Positions 13,383 through 25,607 of a stretch of 64,000 nucleotides of DNA are shown piece by piece. The notes below the pieces were generated by a model, which saw nothing but the letters and a program-made list of their open reading frames with translations, did no database searches and had not been told where the DNA came from. The stretch is from contig NC_088793.1 of NCBI RefSeq assembly GCF_011386835.1, positions 201,500,001 through 201,564,000 of the forward strand, written 5' to 3'. The stretch is from Chrysemys picta bellii. Lineage: Eukaryota. The translations under genes and the position numbers were made by a program. Each line of letters starts with the position of its first letter. The first letter of the stretch is position 1.

Positions 13383-13546
13383 ATATCTTATCTCCTAGAT
13401 GGGACCTTGAAAGGCCATTGAGTCTAGCCCCCTGCCTTCACTAGCAGGACCAAATACTCATTTTGCCTCAGATCCTTAAGTGGCTCCCTCAAAGATTGAA
13501 CTCACAACCCTCAGTTTAGCAAGCCAATGCACAAACCACTGAGCTA
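13383..13546 (-). mobile_element. Tortoise-type Pol III/SINE, second head-to-tail copy
   Basis: More diverged copy directly adjacent to 13191-13365; head truncated by about 12 nt. Confidence 0.9.
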
Positions 13547-14730
13547 GGATGCTTCCAACAATCAGTTTCAACCAGACTGGAGCCTGCATCAAATGTTCAA
13601 ATCTAGACCCAGATTTCTAACATCCCAAAGTTCAGCTCTGGGGCTGTGCTTTGGTCTTCTCGTTTCAATGGGAATTTGCATCAGAATTTACTGTAATACG
13701 CTGAGCTAGTTGATTGGGAGCCAGGAGACAAGGAGGTCTTCATCCAGACTGCCACTGATTTACCATGTGACAACTCACTCGACCTTTCTGCTCCTCCTTT
13801 TCCCCAGCTGCAAAATGAGAATACTACTACTTGTCTCACCAGGGTGTTGGGAGGATTAATTAATTACTGTTTGTACATCACTTTAAACCTGTTAAGAACT
13901 ACACAAATAGAACTACATGAGGATTATTAGCAGTCCTGCATATCATCACTGGGAAGATATTGCATAGCTAGGACTCAATCCTCCCTTCGACTAAGATGTG
14001 CCGCTTTCCCCATGGCTTGCGCAAGTTGAGTTTATATAACTCCTGTACTACACATCAGTATGCAATCATGTGCCTCAGCATCGTGCCAAGCCCAGAGAAC
14101 AATAGATTTGCTGGTGCATCATGTAATCCACCCATTTTACAGGAAGCAGTTTTGGCCAGTGGCTTTAACACATATTCTTCTTTCTGGACCACGTTCCCTT
14201 GAAATTAACAGGCAGGGTTTTTCACAGTGATGAGAGTGGGATGAAAACTCAGGTCTGGATCCTGATGGCCCCTCTGAGCCTGGGTAGTAGAAATGATTTG
14301 AGTGAGGGGCCCAGGCAGAAGGGTGGATAATGGGAACGCATGCATTTTACACACCGTAGAGGAGCACAGTGATTAGTGAACGGGGGCACTGCTAAGTGCG
14401 TTCATGCCCAGTGAAAATCCACCAGGGCCAGACCCCAAAGGAGAATTAGATGGAAGCAGTCCGTGCCATCATCTGCAATAGCCGGCAGTGGCCTCACGAT
14501 GCCAGTTTGCATGTCCTGAAGCTGCGGATTGTTTTCCTCAGCCTCGCTGCTCGTTGGAGGATTCTCCTGGGAGCAAAGTCCTTTTTCTCCTCAGGATTCA
14601 GACCTGATAGTGTCCGATGCTTGGTGGGGAAAGTATTCGTTCCTGATCCAAAGCAGATAGAAATCAAAAGAAAGACTCCCATTGACTTCAACCGGCTGTA
14701 GTTCAGGCCTTTAATGGGATGAAAACTTTA

Positions 14731-15622
14731 TGGTTGTGTCTACACTTAAAACACTACAGTGGCACAGCTGTGGTGCTGCAGTGCTTCATTGTTGGCTGTT
14801 ATTACAGCAACGGGAGGGGTTCTTCATCACTGTAGTAAATCCACCTCCCCGAGAAGAAGGTCGACAGATGAATTGGCCTGTCTACACTGTCGGATCAAGT
14901 CACTCTGGGTTGTGGCTCTTTCACATCCCTGCGGGGCCGGCTCCAGGCACCAGCAAAACAAGCAGGTGCTTGGGGCGGCACATTTCTAGGGGCGGCATTC
15001 TGGCAACGGCCATCATAGGCATGGGGAAAAAGTGCCCCTGCCTCCCCAGCTTGCCTCCGCCTGCTTCCCTGAGCACACCGCCACCACTCTGCTTCTCCCC
15101 CCTTCCTCCCAGGCTTGCCATGCGCGAAACAGCTGTTTCCTGCAGCAAGGCTGGGAGGGAGGAGAAGCCGAGCGGCAGGGCACTCGGGGGAGGCGGCGGA
15201 GGTAAGCTGGAGCAGGGAGTGTTCCTCTACCCCCCCCATTACTTCCTGCGCCCCCCTACCCTAGTGCATCTCCGCCCCGCCTGCTCCCCTGAACACGCCG
15301 CTGCTCCGCTTCTCCGCCCTCCCTCGCCTGAGAGGGAGGGGGGGAGAAGCGGAGCGGCGGCACGCCCGGGGGAGCAGGTGGAGCGGAGGTGAGCTAGGGC
15401 AGGAGGTCGCAGGGGGCCCACAGGAAGCAAGGGGGGAATGTGGGGGAGGAGGCGGGGCTGGGGATTTGGGGAAGGGGTGGAGTTGGGACGGGGTCAAGGG
15501 GCACGAAAAAAGGGGGAGCGGCCAAAAATTTTTTTGTGTGGGGTGGCAAAAATCCTAGAACCGGCCCTGCACCCCTGAGCGACATAGCTGAGTCAATCTA
15601 ATTTTCTAGTGTAGGCCAGCCC
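14731..15622. mobile_element. PIF/Harbinger MITE interrupted by a hAT MITE
   Basis: Ends TGGTTGTGTCTACACT...AGTGTAGGCCAGCC; interior shared with 44818 and 57803. Confidence 0.8.
14932..15569. mobile_element. GC-rich hAT MITE
   Basis: Imperfect TIRs CGGGGCCGGCTCCAGG/CCTAGAACCGGCCCTG; 8-bp TSD CATCCCTG/CACCCCTG. Confidence 0.88.
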
Positions 15623-15645
15623 TGGGGCTGTGATTTTCAAAAGAA

Positions 15646-15912
15646 CCTAAAGCTCATTTATTATAATGTTTTGACCAGAATCTAATTTATGCAGGGTACT
15701 TGTCTTATAAAATGCATTGATGGCGGTGGCTGATTTATAAAGGAATCTAAGGGAGTTAGGCACCCACATTTCAATGACATTCAACATAAGTTGGGCAAGT
15801 AACTCCCTTAGATTCCTTTATAAATCAGCCGCCGCCATCAATGCATTTTATAAGACAAGTACCCTGCATAAGTTAGATTCTGGTCAAAACATTATAATAA
15901 ATGAGCTTTAGG
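15646..15912. repeat. Long inverted repeat: 113-bp arms, 41-bp spacer, 2 mismatches
   Basis: Arm 15646-15758 is the reverse complement of arm 15800-15912 by direct reading. Confidence 0.95.
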
Positions 15913-18482
15913 AATATAAGTGAAAGAAGGGGAATGGGGCAGGGGCTGTGATCAACAGTGACGTTAGGTGCAAAAAATACAGCTTTGAAAAGATTAAAGA
16001 TGAAAATGGTCTGGGTAGGCAATGCACGTTAGCTAGTCGTTTTCAGGCAACGTGCAACGACAAGTACACGGGGTTTATCATCCGCAGCTATGTGAGGAAT
16101 TACAACAAATGCTTGAAATGCAAACAGATTTCCTGCTTAGGTATGTGAATAATGGAAGTCACTATTTCTATTTGAGCTGCGAGAAGTCATTTCCCCCACA
16201 ACCCCCATTCCACTTCCAATTCTGCTGCCCCCTGTTTGGTGAAAGTGAGTTCCTTCGTGCATCATCAGGATTTTCAAGCGCTGCTTGCTCGTTCCTTCTT
16301 TGGTGGTGGTAAGTGGAAGGTTCCAAAACTGTCCAGCATTTGGGGGCATTTATTCAGTTCACACCCGTTTTCCATGTAATTGCCTACAGAATTAACGGAG
16401 ACATGAAATGTTATGAGGAAGGAGGTTTGTGATCTGTAGGGGGGCGAAATACCAAAACAAACACCAGGAGTGAAATCCCAGCCCTGCTGAAGTCAAGGAC
16501 AAAACTCCCATTCACGTTAGTGGCACCAGGATTTCACTCCAACGCTCCAGTCTGCATCTTGTAGAAACGATTCTCAAACCGGTCAATGATTTCTGCATAA
16601 GAATTTCTTACAAGAAACCCTGGATGTTCATGTAATAAAGAAACAGGGCAAATTTCTGGTAACATAGTCGTAAATATGGAGTAAAGTCATTGGATCTTTG
16701 GGCTGTCCCCTGTCATTTATTCCTCCCAGCCCATCTGCCTGTTTGGCTCTCCCTCTGTTCGCTTTCCGGGCCTATGAACCCTAGCCTTCAAACATTCCAA
16801 ACCAGACAAACACCAGGCTCACAATACCACGGTGAAACCTGCGTTATGTCGATTAAGGGCCTTATCCAAAGCCTGGTGAAATCAATGGAAAGACTCCCAT
16901 TGATTGTGATGGGCTTTTGAACACGCTGTTTAAGCCTAAACCTCTTTTGTCTCCATGAATGTACCAAATTACCTACAGGCTGCCTGTCCTGCCGCCACAG
17001 AAATGCACCGGAGTGGGCCTTGGGAAGGGTTAAGGACTCATCGGGCTAAAGGAGCTTCTTGTCTGTGTGCTTCATGCCTGCCACATTTCTTAGCAAAGCG
17101 AACATATGAACACTGGCATGCTCCCACACACCGCCTTGGCTCCCCTCCAGGAAATCACAGCCCAACTATTTGGCACACACAGCCGCAATTTTATTTACAC
17201 AATCGGCTTCTTGATAAACACAAAAACTTACAAAACACACCACGCCCTTAAAAAGAAAAGGGGGATGGCCGGGGTAGGATTGTAGTAATGTGAGCTACCC
17301 GGCAGGAAGAACTCCCCAGCCAGCAGTAACATTCCATTCCGCCCCAGGGAATCACCTGTATGAGACATTAGGGCTTGCTGTGGCTTTAAGGCACGGCCCT
17401 GTGTTGTGGGGGCACGGAGGGGCCATGGAGCGGTGGGAGCAGCTGGAGGAATTCTGGATGAGTCAGCCAGGAGTCTTTCTGGGCACTGGGGGAGCAAACG
17501 CTGTAGTTCCAGTTCCGACGCCCTTTGGAAGGGTGCAGTACACGTTCGCTGGAGTGCTGCTGGCTGCTGCGCGGGAGGGAATAGGCCCCAAGCTCACCCC
17601 ATCACCTCTGAGTAGGCTTGCACCAGCCTGTGCTTTTGCTCAGATTTTAGCTGGCCCCTGTGCAAAGGAGGAAGAAGAGAGAAGGTCCTTTGTTCCATTA
17701 CCTCCAATCCTCTGTGCACCCATGCAGGGCCAGTCACAATCTGGGCCTCTGGAGATGACTTTTTCACAAGGGAATGAAGACACACTTTTCAATTCCCGGG
17801 CCCGAAATAACTCTGGCAAACTGTGGTGGAAGCACTGGGTTCTTCAAACTGGAATAAGATAAGATCTCTGTGATTGGAGGTGGTCCCCAGCTTTCCTTTT
17901 CATGAATGAGGAACACTCCATCTAGCCAACGCACTGGGCTAGTTCACCTCTAGAATGTGCAGGCCTTCCTAATAGCCATTCCTTGACTAGGACATCTTAC
18001 CCTATGCCTAAAAAAACGGAAGACCTTCTGTAACCTGGTGGCCTTGCAGATCTGATCAAGTTAGATCATTCCTCAAAAGAACACAGGCGTGGGCAGGTGC
18101 GCACCTGATCTCAGCTCCACCATCTTCTCATTCACCTTTTAACTTAACACTTCCTCCTCCCCAACCCCTCCTTCACCCCAATTGCCTTGTTTGTTGAAAG
18201 TATGCCCCGCCCCTTACACAGAGCAAGGTGATTGAACACAATTCAGCCCTTCGCTTTTTAAAAATTGATAGTTCTGTTCATATAAGGGGAATAAAGACAT
18301 TTATTCCACAAATGAGCTATAACCTCACCCTGCAAATCAGACAGTAGTAGATCAGACCAGCCTTTGATGCAACAGAATTTGCAAGCACCCCTATAAATTG
18401 GCGATAGCATGCATTTCTCTCTGCTTCAGTCTTCACGCATCAAGACAATGGGACACCTGTACACAACTTTAATCCTTCTTAA

Positions 18483-19985
18483 GGATATGTCAGAGATCTT
18501 CTGACCAATCTGATTGAATTCAAATCAGTAGGGCCGAATGTTATCCGCCTGAGGGCATTGAAGGAATTAGCTGAAGAAATCTCAAAGCCACTGGCAAGGA
18601 TATTTATAAACTCATGGATGACAGGAGAGGTCCCGGAAGACTGGAGATGGGCTAACGTAGTGCCCATCTTTAAAAAGAAGGACGATAGAACTGTCAGCCT
18701 GACTTCAATACCTGGGAAGCTATTAGAGTAATGTATAAAACATTCAGTTTGTGAATATCTGGAGGATGAAGGGGTAATCGCTAGCAGCCAGCATAGATTT
18801 ACCAAGAACAAATCATGCAAAACCAGCTTAATTCCTTCTTTGACAGGGTAAATGATTTGGTGGATAGGGGGAATGCGGTAGACAGAAGATACCTGGACTT
18901 CAGCAAGGCTTTTGACACAGTCTCATATGACATTCTGATAAGTAAGCTGGAGAACTACAGGCTCAACAGAACTTCCATTAGTTGGCTACATAATTGGTTA
19001 AACAACTGCAAACGAATGGTAACTACTAATGGAATGATGTCAGATTGGAGGGAGGTCTCAAGTGGGGTTCTGCAGGAATCTGTTCTGGGTCTGGTGTTGT
19101 TTAACATCTTTATTCATGTCCTGGGTGTAGGAAGAGAGAGCATGCTGATCAAATTTGCAGATGACACAAAGCTTGGGAGGCTGCCAATGCTTTGGAGGAT
19201 AGCGCTAAAATTCAGAGGGATCTTGATAAATTGGAGAACTGGGCTATAGACAACAAAATGAAATTCAACAAAGACAAATGTACAGTGCTACCCTTGGGGA
19301 AGAAAAACCAAATGCACAAATACAGAATGGGAGCGGGGGGTAACTGGCATGGCAGCAGCACTGCAGAGAAGGTTCTAGGAGTTGTGGTGGATCACAACCT
19401 CCACATGCGTCACCAATGTGATGCTGTTGCAAAAAAAGCAAAATGCAATTTTAGGTTGCATTACTAGAGGTATCGCATACAAGTCACGGGAGATGATAGT
19501 ACTGCTCTACTTGGCACTGAGTAGGCCTCAGCTGGAGTTGTGTCCAGTTTTGGTCACCAATGTATAGAAAAGATGTAGAGAAACTGGAAAGGGATGGAAT
19601 GCAAGCCATGAGAGCAAAGGCTGAAGGAACTGGGTATGTTTAGTTTGGATAAAAGGAGATTAAGGGGGGACATGATAGTAGTCTTCAGATACTTGAAAGG
19701 CTGCCATAAATAAGATGGAGAAGAGGGCAGGATAGGAGGCAATGGGTTCAAACTACAGCAGAGCAGATTTAGATTAAATCTCAGGAAAAACTTCCTAACT
19801 GTAAGAACAGTAGGACAATGGCACAGACGCCTCAGGAGATTATGGAAGCTTCTTCACTGGAGGTTTTCAAAAAGAAGCTGGATAGCCATCTGTCTTGGAT
19901 GGTTTAGACACAACAAATGCTGTATCTTGGCACAGGGCTAGACTAGACTAGATGACCCTTGCAGTCCCTTCTAACCCTATGATTT
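18483..19985 (+). mobile_element. CR1 LINE, 5'-truncated, degraded ORF2 reverse transcriptase and 3' UTR
   Basis: RT motifs YLDFSKAFDTV, GVLQESVLGLVLFNIFI and KFADDTKLG; frameshifts and stops; tail GATGACC...CCCTTCTAACCCTATGATT. Confidence 0.97.
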
Positions 19986-21214
19986 TAGAATAATGGTCCA
20001 GATGGAGCTATGCTGATTTTCACCAGGTGGGGATCTGGACAAATATGTCTTTTCCCCCCTCCAGTAAACAGATTTGCCTCTTGTTAATGAGAAAAAGAGG
20101 ATCTGCTTTTAAACTCTGAAGAAGAATGATTGATTATTTTTCACAAATAGGAAGAACCACCTTCAAATACCAGAGACACAAACTCTGCAATCATTTAGGC
20201 AGATAAGATTCCGAGATATTATCGGTGCTGAGTGGCTGGCCTTAAAACCATTAGTACAAATTCTTGGAGCAACACACAAGCCGAGTGAAATTAGACTATT
20301 TCTACAACGTTATACTGGGGAATGCTAATGACATTTCCCCCGCCTCTAAGAGCTAAATGATTTAGGCTAAACACACTGCTGGCAGTCTTGCCTCAGCATC
20401 TGAAAGAGTTTAGATGTGGAGGACATTTCAGTGGTCTGCTTCTCTGGAGGGTGTACAGCTGGGCCTATGGCAGTGACTACCTTGGATGAAGAAATGACAG
20501 GCTTTGGCATGAAAGTCTGAGACACCAAAGAAGGCCTCTTGCCAGGGAAGATGACGGCCCACGATGGAAACACTGGAAGGGCAGAGCCCTTGGTGGTCTA
20601 AGAAGGTCCTCAGACTTGATGGCCTCATGTCACTGAAGAAAATCCTTCCTAGAAAGGAGGGGACAGTTTAGACTATTTGCAGTAGTTCATGATTTCCTGC
20701 CCCTATCAGATGTGTGTCTCTCCTACTGCATTCTGCAGGCTGGAGAGGAAGAGCACTGGCCCAGGTGAGCAAACAGATTGCACCGTGATGGCCATGGCCT
20801 CTATATCCCCGAACTCCTCCATACTGGAGTCACCACTCATTCTCTTCCTTGCTCTTTCAAAAGTGGGCAGGTGGGATACAGAAGCTAGAAGCACAACAGC
20901 ATACGCCATGCAAGAGAAGAATGCGTCCTTCATGTGTCTGACCTCAGGGCATCAAGGAACCATATCAGAGTGGAATCCCAGATGGCAATACAGGGAGAAT
21001 GAATAGCCACTTGAAGTCACAGAGCTCATGTGTCCCCCTCTATTTCTGAGGCACACATACTGGAATCTCCCTGCACCTGCTTGACAGATTTAAAGGCCAC
21101 GGTAACAAATATCTTTGCAAAGAGTCATTTAGATCCATCTGCTGTGTGTCTGTATAATGCTTCCATTATTTTCTGAAAATATTACAAACTACCATGTATT
21201 GCCTGAGTGCTACA

Positions 21215-21510
21215 GAGCTTCCAGCTCTCATGGTTGTATGGTGACTCTCACAATATTTGAGGGGTTCCCGGAAACCCCAGCTACTAGAATCACATACATG
21301 AGACTCTCACCTTTGATTTAAAAAAAAATAGTTTCTAGCCCCCCTGGGTGCAGAGGAAAGCTTGAAAACATGAGTGCACACTAAAGGTTCAAAAAACAGA
21401 AGTTAAATAAAGAGAACTCTCTTTTTTTAAATATCTAATGGTTTTTAAGCCAGTCTCGTGATTTTTAGGGCCTTACTTGGGATTTTTGAATGCTAGGAGT
21501 TGACACTGCT
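21215..21510. mobile_element. Non-autonomous DNA transposon (hAT-like)
   Basis: Ends AGAGCTTCCAGCTCTCATG...GGAGTTGACACTG; homologous to 8875-9155. Confidence 0.65.
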
Positions 21511-24500
21511 GCTGCTATAGACAAGAGACATACCTGTATGCAGAGGGTTAATATAAGAAGTGCCATCTACTGACACATACGAATACAAAGCATTGTTCGT
21601 AAGTTAGTAGGTTTGGTAAAGTTATCGTGCACTGCAAAGAACTTCCCGAGTCCACTTCTATAACATTCTGTCCACACACGTTATCCATAAACCCTGAAGC
21701 CCTTTTGAGAATCACGCTTGAACTGAATCTTTCAGATCAAATTCTTCCTAGCATGTGACCGCTTTGCACCTCACTGCACGTGGAATCTGGCCCACAGAGT
21801 CCCATTGTAGAGGGAACCTCCAGTGGCTCCAAGACCACATCTCTTCCTGTGGCCATCAAACTGGTGTAGCTGGAGAGGCATTTCCCAAGCTTCCTTATGC
21901 CCTGTCAAACCCTGTCTGCCATTTTGCAATGCCTGGGGACCATCTGAAGTTGGTATAAAATAGAGCAGCCTTTATTATACCCTAATTTATGCCAGGAGAC
22001 AAGCACCACACACAGTAACCCAAGAATCAGGGTATAGTGTTACACCACTTTAGCTAGACACCCTGCAAGCTGTGCTGTGCTCCTCATACCAAGCTGAGGT
22101 TCTAGCCCTTAAGATTAACACGAGGCAGAGTCCAGACCTGGAAGTCCCAAAATGCTGCAAGTAAGACCGTTCACACCATTCACCTGGTATTTCCAACTGC
22201 CAGTGGAAGTCGATGTGCTGGGAATCTCTCAGGAACAGGCTCTTAGCCTTTCCAAGCCAATTCCGCAGACTCTGGAGGGTCAGACAGAGAGCTGACCATT
22301 GGGATACTTTCCACCAAGCTGAAGCTGAATTCTGAGCTCTTCGAGGTTCTCCCAGCACTGTTCCACAGCAACTCCAGAATAAAGCGCGTCAACTCTGGCA
22401 AGAAACAAAGAGACACGCTGGCAACCTTCACACGGAGGAGTCTCCAGGCCAGTTTCCTAGACCACGCCAACCGACTTAGTGCGACAGCATGCCGGAATGA
22501 AATTAAGTAGGTAACACAGTGACAAAAATATACTGAAAGGTACTAACACCCGCTTGTCCGGGCACGCATCAGAACGAAATGACTCATAATAGCTACGGCT
22601 TATATTATGAATGTTTCATAGCCATCTGGCTAAGAGAGCTGCTTAAGTGTGTGCATCGGTACACTATGTGATGTGGTGTAAAAGACCTATCAGGGCAGAA
22701 GTGAAAATGTCTGTATTAGAAAGAGAAAGAGAGAGATCGGAGGGTTATAGTATTGTATATTGTTCCTCTAAACAAATGCTCGCTGTTGTAATAATTATTG
22801 ATATGTCTCTGATATTCACATGGCAAAGATTTGTAATGATTATCATTTTGTCTTTGAGAGTCACATGGCAACTATTTGTAAACCTGTGAAAACTCCCTAC
22901 ATAAATAAATGGATAAAATGAAAGAGAGAGAGAGAGAATGAATATGTCTCTGGTGATTCAAACTCTCTTGAGCAACAATGCAGCAGTAAAGTGATGCAGT
23001 GGACCAGATCCTCTGCTGGTGTAAATAAGCCCCGTTCTGTTGAAGCAATGGGTACTTTGCTTATTTACACCCTTGTATATACCTTCCCTTGGTGCAACCG
23101 GCGCTCGAACGTGCTTATCAGTAGATTGAAGCAAATGCCCAGCTTCACAAAAAGGAGTCCTTTCTGCCTCTCCTCGTATGGTCTGATTCGCATACAAAAT
23201 GGGCTTGTGAACGTAAAGATTATGGGAGGGATTCAGAGTGGAGGAAAAGGAGAGACAAGAGCCCTTTTATTTTGCATCTTATTCACAATGAAAATTGGCA
23301 CTGAAGCCAACCACATACATTAACATAATTTGCGCAAGTTTTAACTCTTATGAATACATTTCTGTGGAAAAACTATGCGACTATGGAAAAATCCCCTCTT
23401 TTTTGCCACTTGAAAAGGTAACAGGCTTCCGTGTACCCAGGACCTGCCCGATTCAGAAGCCTGGAAATATAAAGATGAATATGTCCAAGTCTACCATGGT
23501 GGGGGCCTGTGGAAACAGACTGGGGGAGAAGGGAGGAGGCCCCCTGACTCAGAAGAAGGACTTCCATCGAAAAGGGGAGAGAAGGCTTCTAAAATCAGTG
23601 GCAGCATTGTAGGCCTGATCCAAAGACCATTTAAATCCGTGGTGAGCCTCCCGTTGACTTCATTGACTTTAGATCAGCATAGAACATATATAGAAGTGCC
23701 TTAGGAATTCCCGGCAATCAGAGTGCCTCTGTGGAAGTTAATGAGTTACATAAAAATACTAATCATTCTCCTGACATCCCAGTTTCCAATCCACAAGCTT
23801 TTGCCATCCCCATAGGAAAATTCTTCCTGTTTTCTTGCTAGCATTCTGAAAATCCCTCTAGATTTCTATATGAATGGCATAGGATGGTAACTTGACAATT
23901 GCAATTTGGTTGTGAAGAAACCAGTTTGTTTTATTATTAGCCTAGGTGATAACATAACCAGGCCAGACTTGCATTTCAGCTCCTTCATCAGCTCCCATTA
24001 GCAGCACACCACTGCATTAGGCCTTTAATAGCTTGCTAACGAGTTTCACAAATTATTAATAGAATGCTCTTAAATGACTCACGTGGGTACAGTATGTCTC
24101 ACCCTATGCAGTATGTCTCACCAGTGATCTCAGAAGAAAATGCATTATTTCTTGCTAGTTAATATAGAAATTAAATAATTTGGAGGGAAGTCTCATCCCC
24201 GAATGGCAGATCAGGTCTCTTCCCGCTGGGGTGTATCTAAGTGCTGATTATTCTGTACCTCCTGCGTTTCCACTGATGTCAATGCTTTGGGAAAACACAT
24301 TGATGAGGAAGGATCTGCTTTGCTCATCAGAGAAGAAAACTCTCCCCCCTTTGGAGCAAATTCATAGTCCATTGGCTCTGCCATTTAATGACGCAATGCC
24401 CAGCACCACTGACGTCGTCTCTAAACTGGACCCCACTAAGAATACAAGGTTTGGCCGGGAAGGAGAACAAGCTTCCTCACAACACTTCCAGCACTAGTTG

Positions 24501-24859
24501 CTTCCATCTGGGCCAGAAATACCAAGAGAAAAGGCTTTCTCATGGTGTTTCAGCATGGCTGCTTTCAGCTGGATCCCAGAAACGCAGAGGCAAGTGGCAA
24601 GGAATGGCTGTGGGAAAAGCTAACTGAACATTTTGGAAAATCCATAAAAGGCTCTGCTTTGGTTTGGTTCTTGCAATGGGCAAGGCAGAAGAGGGATTGC
24701 TTATGTTTTCCAGCAGATTCCCCCACCCCTATGAGTTCTCCTTCACCCAGGGACTGGCTATGTCCTCTTTATAACCTGCCTGATCTCCAACAGCCTGGCC
24801 ATAAGGAGGGTGACCTGAAGCTGCAAATCCTCTGACGAGCTGAGACTACAGTTGCTGAT

Positions 24860-25607
24860 TGTAGCCCATAGGGCTAGCTTGCCTTTACTATATTCAGTGC
24901 CTTGCCTTCATTGTATTTAGCTGTAATGCAAGAAACCTATAGTATCCTGTAAGACATTAGCTGAAGTATAAGCTATCGTAAGTGTGGGTAAGTAGGCTTG
25001 GCATAGATCAGTGGTTACCTTTAGATTTTCGGAACTAAGGAGAGCTTGATCTATGGTAGCAATTAGAATGTTCCAGTCAGTGCTACTGCAAGGAACAAGG
25101 AAGTAATAACCGCAAATCCACTTAAGCAAGGGGTGATGGGTATGATCATGAGCTGAAATGTTAGTTACACATATCAATATATTAACCTATAGAAGGACAC
25201 CTCAGCTTTAGTTGGATGAGGAAATACAAAAAGGAAAGGGGGGAAAACCCCTACTGAACATGCATTAGATATAGTGGCGACAGCATAACGTATTATAAAA
25301 GTCGTATCCCACCTGGGGGTAGGAGAGAAAGATGTAGCCCTTGGAAGGGGCCAGAATGATGGCCACTGGTGATGAGGAGGAAGGTGATGGTGATGAGGAA
25401 GATAATGGCTAACAGTTCAGGTCATCCTGCAAGGGATGGTGTGAGGATATGGATGTGCAGATGGACATTCTGTAGTCTCTCTGTCTACCTTACTGAGTTA
25501 GAGTGTTTGTCACTTTGCTAAATGTATTAATAAACTATTTGGAAATATAGAAGAATTCCTGTAGTGCGAGTGTTGCAATTGTGCACATCGTGGTTCCTAA
25601 CTATACA
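24860..25607 (+). mobile_element. Possible old solo LTR
   Basis: TGTAG...TATACA ends; TATAAAAG near 25295 and AATAAA near 25528; no clean TSD. Confidence 0.3.

Noticed and set aside
14730-15392. 220-aa ORF, the longest in the track
   Set aside because: It runs across a Harbinger MITE and a GC-rich hAT; low-complexity P/G/A product with no domain.
16137-16349. HEGTH (HExxH) metalloprotease-like motif in a minus ORF
   Set aside because: A five-residue match with no supporting context.
20739-20764. 26-nt microexon (TTCTGCAG|...CCCAG|GTGAGC)
   Set aside because: Good splice sites, but too short to support without transcript data and no coherent gene model.
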